This document shows, piece after piece, positions 11,733 to 24,413 of a stretch of DNA of 64,000 nucleotides; the stretch's first letter is position 1, and each line of letters opens with the position of its first letter. Where the stretch lies: contig NIVC01003001.1 in NCBI GenBank assembly GCA_002269645.1, positions 1 to 64,000 on the forward strand, written 5' to 3'. A program made the translations under genes and the position numbers. The DNA is from Macrostomum lignano. Its lineage: Eukaryota. Under the pieces are notes generated by a model. It was not told the DNA's origin. It saw only the letters and a program-made list of their open reading frames with translations, and searched no databases.

Positions 11733-14700
11733 TCAAACGTAAGCCGCTGCGCTTAGATACTGCAATTTAAAGTTATTTGTAGTTTTTACGAGCGCATTAA
11801 GAAAGCAAGTTTCCCTGAGAAAGCGTCTTTGCTCTCACCTTGTCTTTAGAGAACAGGGCGCTAACCCCATCCGCTGTCTTCTCCTGAGCGCTGAACGTCT
11901 CAAAGACTGTCTTCAGTCGCACGCAGCAGACGATGAAGTCGTCAAACTCGATGACGCCTTGGCGATTCGCGTAACGCATCACCAGGCAGTTGAAAATCTT
12001 GTTGCTCACTCGGTAGCCTTGGAGTGCAGATTGAGATAGTTTCCTGAATTATGTCACTATAAAAAAATAGAAGTGCTTATCGTGCCGATAGTTCTAATTT
12101 TGTGTGGATAAAATGCGGGACAAGCTTTTATGAGACAAACTTCCATAAAAAATTACTAAAAGCGAAGTTGCTGTGAGCACTCACCGACTGCTTTCAAGGC
12201 CTGCCGCAACTCGTAGCTGTTGAAATTACCAGACTTGTCCTCGTCAAACTTTTTGAAAGCAGTCTTCCACAGTCGCAGGCTGCTCCATAGCGTCTTGAAC
12301 TCCCGGAAGCCCAGCTTCCCTGACTGGTCGGCGTCCATCATAGCCACCATCGAGCGGCAGGTCTCGAGGCAGAAGCCGTCGAATTGGAACTCTGGTTTAA
12401 TCATAACAAAAACTTAATGATTTTTACTTCTTTTAGAGTAATGGGTCTATCGACATCCAGTCCACTAACCTTTCATGAAGGCAATGTTGAGAATATCGCG
12501 CAGCTCATAAGCATCAACCTCCAGGTCGGCACCAGCCACTTTGGCGAATGCATCGCGAAGGGCCCGCTCGAGGGTGAGTTCTTGTGCTGAAGGCTCCATT
12601 GGTATCTGTTTGTGTTTGGCGATGAAAATTTATGTAAACACTCTGGTCTAACATTCAATTAAAAAGCTTCACGTTGCCTAAGAAATCAGGAATAGATCCA
12701 AGGTCTCAAGCGGTGGTCCAGGTGCCAAATAAATTCGTCACAGTTTATATTATGTCATCAAGGACATCAAGGCTACCATTCTCTGATCCAAACGGTAATA
12801 CGTTTATTACTGATTTCGTATCTGACATGCAGGCCTCTAGACAGCATAAAATCAATTAAGAAACTTACCTTCAGATCAACAATAGCTGTGACGTCATCAA
12901 TCTCATCCAGCTTGGCGGGTCGCTCGGTGTACACGCGAAGCAGGAAATCCATTTCAAAGTCCGGCCGATAGGTGCTGGGCACAATAACATAATTGCCTGG
13001 CTTTAGCTTGTGCCGAAAGCACACCTGCCTTTTGTTAGTGTGGGTTGTGAAGCCAGCGCATCGGTTGTACCTGCATGGGCATTGTTGGTTAAAGAACGAT
13101 TTATACGCGTATCTATTGTCAAAGTTCAGATATTTTAATGACTCAGGGAACAGACAGTGTCACATGTTTTAAAATTCAACTCTTCACACGCGTTCCTTGT
13201 CGCAAAGAAAACATCATTGCTGCTTCACCTGAAGAAATTCGTGTCCAAAGGCCCAGTGCCGTCCGTCCTGCGGCGGTAGATCTCGTAGCCGATGAAGAGC
13301 ATGCGGTCTCCAGCAGCCCGATGCCTGCGCAAGTTGATCTGCATCAAGCCGACGATCACTGTGCCCGTATTTTCGTTGTCCGTCTCGTCCGGGTCAACGA
13401 CCGTCACCTGGAACTGCGGATTCGAAGCGAAGCTTCGCAAGTTGTTTCTGCAGCCGCCGGCGCTCAAGCGCTTGCGCCAGGCGCTCTTGTGGCTCACAGA
13501 TTCCCAGCAGCACCGCTTGTCGTTCAACTTGCCAGCCTGCCGACGGGCGTGGGCCAAACTCTCAGGACCAAGATGGCACATCTCTAAATCCTGAGCGGTA
13601 AGTAAATTTGTGTTGCAGTAATTCTTTCTATTGATTTTATCACTAATTTATCGCTAGTTTTTGACAAACGGTAATAATAATAATAATAAAAGTCCTATTG
13701 GGCAGATGTACCAACGACAGCTCAGCCACAGATAGTGTGCGGCGCGTCTGAAGGCTGCGTACGGCTGTTGAGTCCAAGGACTGGAGGGTCGCCACACACA
13801 CCCTCAATTACCCCATCTAATTCTGGTACCCAATTTACAGATGAATGGACTAAATCAGAGGTCAACTGGCTTGCGCAAGGACACAAATTGTTCTGAGTGT
13901 AGTGATTAATAATCAAGCATTCAACCGTGAAAAAAGTGGACATATAAAAACACTTCTAACTTGTATAGTTTGTTGTAATCAAACACTTTGTTAGAATTTC
14001 GTGCGCGACATACTGTTTAAAAAAGCATTCTTGAAGTTATCCGTTTAGCATTCTACGTCAATCATACCGATGAAGCATGCTACTCTCCCCATTTCAGTCA
14101 ATGCCGTTCACTCCGAACTCACAGAGAAGAATTTGCAGAAGTCTTTGATGCTCATCCAGAACTCGCCGTCACCCTTGAATTTGACGTTAATCCGAGCTTT
14201 CTCCTCGGCAGAAACTGCGGCCCAGGCCTTGGACTTGTCGCCCCAGTCGCCCGACCATTCGCGGGAGCTGCCCCAGGGGTTGCGGATGCGCACGAGAGGG
14301 ACGAACACCGTATCGCCTGGAGGCTCGTCTGTGGGCTGGTGGCATCAGAATCAATGACCGGCTTTTCTTGTTTTTAGCACTAAATTGCAAATCTCTTATC
14401 GTGTGAACTTCCCTCATTGCGCATATACTGTAAAGTTGTGCGTGTGCTACAGTGGGGCTGGATTTAACATCACGAGTTTGTGAGTTCAAAATTTGTACCT
14501 TTGTTTGTTTTTGCTAGTCCGCAGCAGTTAATATATTTTCTCCAGAATCGAAGCCAGTAAACTAGGGAACCACCTTGGATAAAAAGTTCTTCCTAATAGG
14601 TTGAATAGCGGTATTTTACCGATAAAAAAGTACGAAGACAAGAAGCGTCCCAGCTCATTGCAGGTAACACAGGTAAAATAATAAAGAAGTGGCTCTAGAC

Positions 14701-17700
14701 GACTTTAAAATGAGATTTCACGGTACAAGTCGCCAAAACAAGAGTCAATTTAAGGCGTTTTATTGTCTGCGACTCTGAAAGGACTGGAGAGTCGTACCTG
14801 AGGCGTGGTAGAGTCGCTGCAGAATCACTCAGTTGCGTCTATAGCGCATCTGCATCACTTTATGAATTAGAATCGCGATTTAATTTTATAACAACTCGAT
14901 TTAGTCGACTTGCATTAGTAGAAGTTTAGCGTTGACACTAAGACTCTTGAACGAATTTTTCGCGACTCGAACGATTTTATAACCCATGTGATGCGTTTCT
15001 CCGTCGTTTCTCCGTCGCAATACAGTCGTTTGAGTCGCTAAAAAGTGACACAGGAGTCGCCTCAGAGTCGCTAGTCAGTAGTGTATTGTTTGCAATGACC
15101 CTTTAGCGATTCTTGTCACGGTAAAGTTTTTAATTGGTTTACTAGTCTTGTTACTGAAAGTAGTGTGATGTAACCACGCTCTGGTCGCGGGATATGGCAA
15201 GGGAAATTTTTCAAAAGTACCTCCGATCTCCGTGCACCCCCTGAGCAGAGCCGTCGAGACTGGGCCGGGTCTTTGACCAGGCCTGCAGACTCCCGCTCTG
15301 CTGCGCCTCTGCTGCCTCGGCTCCGTCTCCCACCCAACCACACGAGCCTTTCCGGAGCCCCTATCTCCCTCTGCCTCCACCCGCTACTCTATTTCCTATG
15401 CGCTCTACCCTATCTATTATGTACTTCTCCCACTCTCCCTCTTTTTTCTTTCTTTTTGGACTGTTTTTCCTGCGCTGTGCCCCTCTCTTCCCGTGCCTAC
15501 TCACAGTACTTTGTGCGCTCACCGTCTACCCACCCCTTAGTGAACTCCCAAACGGTGACGCAAGCCTTGTGACCCCTTCTTCCCCTCGATGACTCATCGA
15601 TGACTCACCACCCCCTCTTGCGCAACCTTTTCTCATGCTATTGTTCTCCTCCCCAAATTTCTCATGCGACACCCACCCCACCTCCGCTTCTATTGTTCTC
15701 GTTTTTGATTCTTTTGTTCTCCTCTTCACATCCAATTATCACATTTTCTTGGATTTTCTCTTTCTTTTGTTCTCGTTTTCGCACCCAATTAGCACCTTTT
15801 CTCCAATGTTTACTTTTCCATTGTTCTCGGTTCTCCCCAATTATCCCCGATTTCCATTTCCTTTGTTCTCGACCCCAGCCCTATTGTTCTCAATGTTTGC
15901 TTGCGCAACACTTTCTCGACCTCCCGCTGCGCCAATTATCCCCCCACCCCACCTCCGGATTGCGCAATTTCTCTATTTCTCATGTTGCTATGCCGGTCTC
16001 ATGCTTCTCATCATGACTCATTCTGACGTCATTTCGCCGGCAGCCAATCAGAGAGAGGGAGTCATGGAAACGACCTTGGAGCGGCGGCTGGGAAGGCTAT
16101 TTAAGGAAGCGGTTTTCGGCGTGAGAAACTTAACTTCGGCTCTCCTCTTGTCCTTCTTTGGACTCGCTGTCGGACGTTGATCTGACCCATTCGTCTATAG
16201 GACGAACCTCTGCCGGTCCGCGGTCTGTTACCGCCAAGTTACCTCAGCTCCCAAAGTGAGCTCATCTGCCGGCCCGTGGTCTGTTACCGCCCAGCATCTT
16301 CAGCATCGCCTGAACTACATCCGCGCCTCGTCGCTTCAGCGCATCGCCGCCTCACTGTCTGCCTGTCTGCAGCCAGCAGCCGCCCATGGTCACCCCATCG
16401 CTCTCTCTCTCTCTGTGCAGCCGCCGGTAAGTTCCTGTTACTAATTTGTGCTCTAATTGCCTTTGCTTATCCGGGGTTTGCTTATTTCCCATTGCTTGAT
16501 TAGAGAGCTGAGCCAATTGTGATGCCGTATGTTTGCTGTATTTTACTCAATAGTGAAGCCGCCTAATTGCAATGGCTTGCTAAGCCTTCTCCCTGGGTGG
16601 CAAAGCATAAGGAAGTTTGGGTAAGCTAATGGCCTCTCCCCGAGCAAAGCCCGCCTGTGTGTGCGTGCTGCGGGTCCGAGTGTGCGTGCAGTAGAGGGAA
16701 TTAGCGAGTCTTGGAATGGCAGTAGGAATTGGTTGCAACCCCATGCTGACGTGTCCCTTCGCCCTGAGCAATCTAAACCATAGACAGTACATGTTCGCCT
16801 CACACTACTCTTAGTAATTGAAGCCGCAAGTCCGCCTCGCTCACAGCCACAAAGGATCCCCTGCTGAGAAATCCTCCAGATTGAGCCCAGAGTTCCCGAT
16901 CATGCCCCAAGCAGAGTCCCTGTACTCGGCTGCATGTGTCTCCCCTGTTAGCCTAAATCCCATGGTAACCAATCCAGGCGGGGCTCTAGCCTCGAGAGGT
17001 CTGGTAGTAAGATCTAGGTGCGCCAGGTCACATAGAGTGGTGCGCCAGGTCACCTTGGCTACAGGTGGGGTCCATGTGGGTCCTTGGCCCTCTGGTCACG
17101 AAAAGCGCTACCAAAGCTATCAATCATGTGGGCGGGACAGTCTGGTGCTGGAGGTCCGTCAGATCATTGCCCGGTCATAGGCAGCCTACGGTCGGTGCCC
17201 TCTCTGGTCATGCGTTCGCCTCCCCGCGGAGCGGACGGGCGACAAGGGCGGTTACATCAAGTGTAATATTGTATTAACCTACAATTAGTTGTTGTTCAGT
17301 AAAGTTTACTGGTATTTTGAATATTATATACAATTTAGTAACAATAATTTAATTTTTTTATTTATGCAGGCTTTTTTTAGTCTGTCTTAAGTTGATTTTT
17401 TGCTACTTATTAGCAGTTCCGTCTCTGTAACAACTGCACGCTCTTACTTACCTTGCCATCCTCGGTGACAAAACTTTCACAATAGAGAAGTGCATCTTGA
17501 GTTTTCATTTTAACCTGAAATTACAAATTTAGGTAGGGTATCTTATATCTTATTATTGTTTACAGACGGAAAGTTGCCTGAGGGAGAGTTTACAGAGACT
17601 AAACAAGCTTAAGTCGCCCGCACCGGTGCTGCCCCAGTGACAGAGTAGGCGTGTCTCGAGTCCAGCCCGCAGCCAGCCCAGTCAGACAGGTTTTTTGTTT

Positions 17701-20700
17701 TAACAACGGAGCAATTCATCAGACAGGAGCGCTTGTTGGCCTCGAGAATAGTGTGGAACAGCACCCTGGGACAGGGCACCTGCCTCGGCGCGTAGCTGAC
17801 GGTGATGCCTCCGGTGAAGTCCTCCATGGCTTCGCTGCTCAGGCCGCCGATGAGTGCCTCATAGCTGCCGGCCAGCTTGGCGTAGGCCTTCTCCAGTAGG
17901 GCCGACCAGAACTCGGTGCGCTGGGCTGACTGCATGAACACCAACTGCCACTTGCTTGGTCCTTTAGCGTTGTTGTTCTGCTGGCAAACCGGCAGTCTGA
18001 CCAAAATTTGATATAGCATTACATTGCGACCATTGAAGTTCTTAGAGCACACAAAGATCGTGTTGCAGATTTTAGCATCATGGACAACTTAAAGTACATG
18101 TACATATAGTATAATGAACACCTTTACTACCGGGGGGGACAGGGGGGGGACATGTCCCCCCCCAGAAAAAACTATAGGGAACATACCCGTGCTTTCTTCC
18201 CCCACCCAACCTTGTGACCCGTTATGGAAATAAATTATTTTGCTTTAAGGCGACAAAATAGAGTGCCTGTGGCGCCAAAATGAGTGCCTATGGCGCCAAA
18301 ATGAATGCCTGATGCGCCAAAATGAGTGCCTGTGGCGCCAAAATGAGTGCCTGTGGCGCCAAAATGAGTGCCTGGTGCGCCAAAATGAGTGCCTGGTGCG
18401 CCAAGAGAGTGCCTGATGCGCCAAAATGAGTGCCTGTGGCCAAAATGAGTGCCTGGTGCGCCAAAATGAGTGCCTGTGGCGCCAAAACGAGTGCCTGGTG
18501 CGCCAAAATGAGTGCCTGGTGCGCCAAAATGAGTGCCTGCGACACCAAATGAGGGCTGAAAACACCGATTCTGATAATAATGTACATGTACATGTAGAAC
18601 TCTTGGCTTTGTCCCCCGACCATAAAATTCATAGCGACGCCCCTGCCTTTACTTGCATGCATGCACAGCTTACCTAGAATGTCAGCCGATCAATTTAGTG
18701 GCAAAAAGATGTGAAAGAGCATTTTTAGCTAATTGATTTTGGAACAAAAACAAATCTGTTCGTATTTGATTTGGATGTCTGGCAGTTCCCGGACAGTAAC
18801 TAATATGTGACATGGCCGACTGTGTAGCCCTTGGCACACTGAGAGTGCGCACCGTTGTTCAAGGTTCACATTTACAGGGGCCATTGCAAAGCGTGTTAGA
18901 AGAAGTGGTAAAAAACTACCGGATTTATGATGCAGTCCACGAAAATATGTAACGCTCTTGCTTCTCTTAAGCTTTGATCGTCCTGGGAGCTTCCGGGTGC
19001 GCTTCTTGACTTAGAACTCGACCTGACCTATCAACACCGAAATTTTGAAATCTTTAAAACCACAGTATTTTAAATCCAATTGCAGATACGCTCCTACATC
19101 CCTGAATGATTTTATCTCTAATTACGCATTATTATCTAAATGTTGGTGAGTGAATTTAGCCAATATCTTCGTTTTGAAAGTTCAACAATATAGAAACGAT
19201 CCCTGTGAAAAATCTGGATAACTTATTACCCCCATCTTTGTTATATTATTTTAAGTTAGAGACAATGGACAAGAAACTTCTCTACTGACTGAGTGGCACT
19301 TTCGTTCAATGGATAACCCATTATCTCGTGTTTTGGATCTTGATTTCGTCTCATCATGAGCACCATTACTCGTATGCATACACATCTTACCTATCGTCCA
19401 CGATGACGTTAACCCAGTCTCCGTACTGCCAGAAGCGGAAGTGGAACAGGCCGCAATAGTCGCTACTGTCGAAGTCCTGATCCGGCGGCACCACTTGATG
19501 CAGCAGTTGCGGATGCAGCGATAGAGAGGCCAGAGCTGATAGGAACCAGCAGTTGCCTGTGATGGGCAATGTTGCATTCAGAGCTGATTGAATTTAAAAA
19601 AAACAACTATTAGGTTTGTTTGTAATTAAGGTATGGGTTATAATAGTTACCTTTTTATCATATCATTGATTATTGTCATAAATCATAAATTGCCGCTTGT
19701 CATATGTCACTTTAGAGGGCTATACATGTACAAGTCTGTTTTAGTGCAGGTTCCGTTTTTAGTTTTGAGACTAGCAATCTTCAATTTAAGGAACACAGAG
19801 ATGAGAAAGCTTGAGATTAGGAAAATTCCTGAATTTGAAAGTATCTGGATTGAGAAGTTTCTGGATTGGGAAATTTTTCTGGATTGAGAAGTATCTGGAT
19901 TCAGAAGTTTCTGGATTCAGAAGTTTCTGGAATGGGAAGTTGCTGGATTGGGAAGTTACTGGGTTGGGAAGTTACTGGGTTGGGAAGTTACTGGGTTGGG
20001 AAGTATCTGATTTGGGAAGTTACTGGATTGGCAAGTTTCTGGATTGGGAAATTTCTGGATTGAGAAGCATCGGGATTCAGAAGTTTCTGGAATGGGAAGT
20101 TGCTGGATTGGGAAGTTACTGGGTTGGGAAGTTACTGGGTTGGGAAGTATCTGGATTGGGAAGTTACTGGGTTGGGAAGTATCTGGATTGGGAAGTTACT
20201 GGGTTGGGAAGTATCTGGATTGGGAAGTTACTGGCTTGGGAAGTATCTGGATTGGGAAGTTACTGGGTTGGGAAGTTACTGGGTTGGGAAGTATCTGGAT
20301 TGGGAAGTATCTGGATTGGGAAGTATCTGGATTAGGAAGTATCTGGATTGGGAAGTATCTGGATTGGGAAGTTACTGGCTTGGAAAGTATATGGGATAAT
20401 ATGTTTCGGAATTAGATCGTCTAAATTCTAAGCAGTATTAGATTTTCATAAATATTGCCTGGTTCAAAGTAAAACAAAACTTTAAAAAATTGTCATGGGA
20501 ATAGGTATACTCGTAGAGAAGAAAGGGCTTCCCTGTACGCAAGGCATACTCGTTTCTGCAATTTAGGAGATCCTCATTGTGAACAGTGGCAGATAAAATT
20601 GATTATCAATACTACGAGCGTATTATTAACAATCAAGAATTTATTGTGAGCTTGTTTAAGTCAGCTACATGTAGGACCACACTGCACGGCGTTGTCAATG

Positions 20701-22364
20701 TACATTCACTCTAGTTGTTGAAATTTGAAAGCCAGTTGGGCCAAACAATTTTCTACTGGATGCAACTGTGGCAATTTTGTTGTTAATTGTTTTAAACATA
20801 TAGGTTTGCATATTATAACTGCTTTCAATTGCATGTTGGAATTCGTCAATGTTATTTGAGTTGAGCTCAATCTACACGTCAGAGTTTGGAGGGGCAGCCA
20901 CTCACCCAGTTTTCCTTGGTTAACGTCAAACCGACTGGCGCCTCCGACGAAGAATTTTGGATTTTTACAGATTTCCTGAAAATTGGGTCTGAATTGAGTG
21001 AGCTCATGCGTACTTGAGTATACGAGTGAGTGACTGAGTGACTGAGTTTACAAGTGAGTAAGTTCATTGGTGAGATCATGAGTGAGATCATGCGTGAGAT
21101 CATGAGTGAGATCATGATTGAGATCATGAGTGAGATAATGAGTGAGATAATGAGTGAGATCATGAGTGAGATCATGAGTGAGATCATGAGTGAGATCATG
21201 AGTGAGATCATGAGTGAGATCATGAGTAAGATCATGAGTAAGATCATGAGTGAGATCATGAGTGAGATCATGAGTGAGATAATGAGTGAGATAATGAGTG
21301 AGATCATGAGTGAGATCATGAGTGAGATCATGAGTAAGATCATGAGTGAGATCATGAGTGAGATAATGAGTGAGATCATGAGTGAGATCATGAGTGAGAT
21401 CATGAGTAAGATCATGAGTGAGATAATGAGTGAGATAATGAGTGAGATCATGAGTGAGATCATGAGTGAGATCAGATCATGATTGAGATCATGAGTAAGA
21501 TCATGAGTGGATCATGAGTGAGATCATGAGTGAAATAATGAGAGAGATCATGGGTAAGGTCATAAGCGAGATCAAGAGTGGGAGCACAAGTGTGCCTTTA
21601 TCGGTGATAATATCTTAGCGAGTTCACGAGTTCAGGAGAGGAAAGCTTGAATACTGGTATACTCAGTAACACAGAAAGTTTTCTTCCAGTCCATAAAAGT
21701 TAAAACTGAATTTAGCAAATGGGTGGCTTCTGATTCAATTTTGTTGACAGAACTAGATTTCTGTTATTTTTGCCGGGTATATTCTGTCTCATTTTATAAG
21801 CTAACTCTACTTCAGCCCAACAGCAAACACGTGATTTACAACTCTTAACTTCCAACCAGTCTCAGTAGCCTTGTGCATTCCCTGTACACGAAATCTACGG
21901 TTTCGCTCGCACCTGCTCTAAAAAGCTGTGTATGTACACTGATTGCCCTGAGTACACTTTAACCATGTGCCACAAGCACCACCACCCCATTTCTCTGATT
22001 GGTTATTAGCTAACAGACCGTATGTCAGCTGCTTATAAAAGTACATTCATCACTTTCAGTGTTGACTTACAGATTCGCCTTCAAATTTTCCAGAATTTCT
22101 ATTTGACGTATCAACTTTTTACGTTGTTAACAAAAACCTTCTTTATAAATTACGTCATTTATCAATCATAAAAACAGACATATAATAAAAGCTTACATGG
22201 GGCCGTTTCCATGCGTGGTTCACTTTGCGCGTGTAGTAGATGTTGGATGACTCGGCGGGAAAGTCCTGATCTTCGAACAGCTGATCCTTTGCCAGGAGCT
22301 CTGATTTTAGAGCAGTGATTTTGTCCTCGGTTACAATGCTGCTTCCCAACAGCTGCTCAGCCAT
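11733..22364 (-). CDS. Classical calpain (CysPc + C2-like domain III + penta-EF-hand), about 700 aa, 11 exons
   Basis: Exons 22197-22364, 20906-20975, 19391-19556, 17624-17996, 14123-14335, 13229-13590, 12869-13070, 12470-12605, 12185-12391, 11839-12017, 11733-11759, totalling 2103 nt with phases consistent. Motifs: FEDQDFPA, RFDVNQGKLGNCWFL (catalytic C), EFWSALLEKAYAKL, RHAYSVTG (H), RIRNPWG (N), NPQF, YVIVPST, DADQSGKLGFREF, DEDKSGNFNSYELR. The protein ends YLSAAAYV*. Confidence 0.95.
13672..13900 (-). mobile_element. 5'-truncated copy of the tRNA-derived SINE at 51687
   Basis: The reverse complement matches the body at 51770-52013 (AACAATTTGTGTCCTTG...GGGGTAATTGAGGGTGTGTGTGGCGACCCTCC...CATCTGCCCA) and ends in a (TTA)n tail. 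Confidence 0.8.
15166..17259. mobile_element. 2.1-kb TG..CA element with 4-bp TSD (solo LTR of Gypsy type, or non-autonomous element) in calpain intron 4
   Basis: Perfect 10-bp inverted termini TGATGTAACC (15166-15175) and GGTTACATCA (17250-17259), flanked by AGTG on both sides (15162-15165, 17260-17263). Inside are a CCAATCAG, a TATTTAA box and a CCG|GTAAGT donor on the plus strand. Confidence 0.75.
18262..18550. repeat. 21-bp minisatellite (GCGCCAAAATGAGTGCCTGTG)n in calpain intron 3
   Basis: Direct tandem repeats; the source of the RTRHSFW and ALILAHQ ORFs. Confidence 0.95.
19838..20395. repeat. 16-bp minisatellite (CTGGATTGGGAAGTAT/TTA)n in calpain intron 2
   Basis: Period 16, e.g. 20291 to 20307. 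All three plus frames stay open, giving 16-aa periodic ORFs. Confidence 0.95.
21068..21560. repeat. 12-bp minisatellite (GAGATCATGAGT)n in calpain intron 1
   Basis: Direct tandem repeats; the source of the MSEI and MISL ORFs. Confidence 0.95.
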
Positions 22365-24323
22365 GGCTAATTTAATGGGCGTTTGTACCTGCGTTTTATT
22401 GATGATGGCGTGATAGGGAGCCAGTTTTAATGAGTTTTAATTTAACATAAAACATTTACTAGTGCAGAGCACAATCATAAGAATACGAAAAAGTTTGATT
22501 TGTATCTTTATTGCTTCATATGATTTCCCGTTAATTATTTAAACATATAATGGAAAACATTAACTAAATAATAATCACCTTCTTTAGGCTGACGCGCTGT
22601 CTTGTGTCAGAATACCAAATCCGTACGTTCCCGATACGTATACGTATTGCTTTTTAGAGCTTGTCTGGTAGCTTTGATACACTAAATCATTGATTTATTT
22701 TTTAAAAAGTTAAAAATAATTAAAGAATACACAACCAAACATATTTCTGTTGTCTATTATTGGTACCTACTTTTGAACACAATTTTTAATAGTCAGTAAT
22801 AACTATTCGGGGACAAAACGAGCGAAATAAGTATTTTAGTTATAAAGTTAAAATTTACGGATTTACGTATATTAAGTTGCTATCGCTCGTATAGTTTAGT
22901 TTCGAGAGCGATCGCCTCAGGTATTGTGCTCAGGTGCTTATATTTCAATATAGCAATATTCCACTGAAATGTAACGAATGACTCATCACTACTTGATTAC
23001 AATGCCCATGGAAAAACATTCCAAAACTTAGCCAGTTAATTGTATAATGTTTGGTCGGAATCTTTGGGCTGCATCTTCATAGCCTGCATGCATCGATCGC
23101 ATCAGATAAAGCCTGACTTTATCCCAAAACTTTTCCCAAAAAGTTGTCTATTGATCATATGGGGCGTTGCATGGCTTCCCCTTTTCGATGGCTTCCTCGC
23201 AGAGTCGATAAAAGCTGGAGCTGCAGTAGAGCTTCCGCTAGCTAGTGTGTGCTCAGCCTCCTCAGCGTTCCTTTCTCTTTCTTAGTCTACCATAGAAAAT
23301 GGAAATGCATCTGCGCAATGCAGTGATCAACAGGGCTATCTGAGAAAAGCAACCCTGCAACTTGTTCCTAGTTGTTTAACCCCCCCCCCCACACACACAC
23401 ACCGGGATCTGTAGAAGTTCAGCAACGTTCAGGCAGAAACAGCAATGTTGGTAGCGACAACGGAAGCTGTGAATGCTGAGCGAAAGGCTTAAAGGGAAAT
23501 AAGACAGTTAGTCAGTCAACAGAAGGTATGAATTTCTTTACTTACTTTACTTCACTAGCAGGGACGGTTTTCTTTGCTTCGGGAGGAAGCTACATGCATG
23601 GACAACTAGAGTCCTACTACTACTAACTCCTACTCCTACTACTACTCTAGTTGTCCATGGCTACATGTACATGCGTGTGCATCCGGTCGGAAGATTTGTT
23701 AGCTCAGTGGGCATTGCCCGTCACCTCTCAAGACAAGCGCACCGCGTGAGCTGGTGGTAAGTTAAAAAATTAAAAGCTTCCCAGGATTAGACGTAGATTT
23801 TTAAAAAGTGGAAATTTGATCCTGGGGTCCAGAAGCTAATGCTGCATCACTGGTTCTACCTTAAAAGGGCTCTAAATGTAGCTCCATCTCCTTTGGCTAC
23901 ATGCACTTGTTTCAAAAGTTATGGCTAAATATTTGACACATTGCAGGTTTCTGTCTTTTCTTGATTTGTCAATCAATCATAAGAGACAATCAGATAGAGG
24001 TTCATGAGTAGTTACAAGCTCGCTGGATAACAAGCAAAGCTAAATTTACAAGACCAGAAAAAAATAAAGAAGATCAAGCTACTATAAAATTGTAAAAGTT
24101 ACAATTGACATGACAGAAAACTTTGACCGATGATGAGGACACTAAAACACCCAGAGTTATCTTTCCTGGGATATCATGTGATATCGATTTTAGCATTTAT
24201 CTTGACTTTTCAAAATATAAAGACTCTTTTTTTCTGCCATTGCTTCAACCCGCAGAAAGAGTGCCAGAATGACGCGACAGCTTTTGGGTTGCTTTCTCAA
24301 TCCAATCATTGGTTTCTCCACGT

Positions 24324-24337
24324 GTTGCTAGGGAAAC
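24324..24337 (+). promoter_or_regulatory. RFX X-box upstream of paralog 2
   Basis: GTTGCTAGGGAAAC is close to the GTTGCCATGGCAAC-type consensus. It lies 77 bp upstream of the ATG at 24414, just after CCAATCATTGG. Confidence 0.5.
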
Positions 24338-24413
24338 ACAATAAGTTTAGAAACTGCAACATATAACGGCCGCAGCTAGAATTAACCCTTCTCAATACAG
24401 ATCAACTTTTGGC

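Noticed and set aside
18245-21482. Repetitive ORFs (RTRHSFW, LGSIWIGK, MSEI/MISL)
   Set aside because: They lie wholly in calpain intronic minisatellites. The true exons flanking them splice in frame without them.
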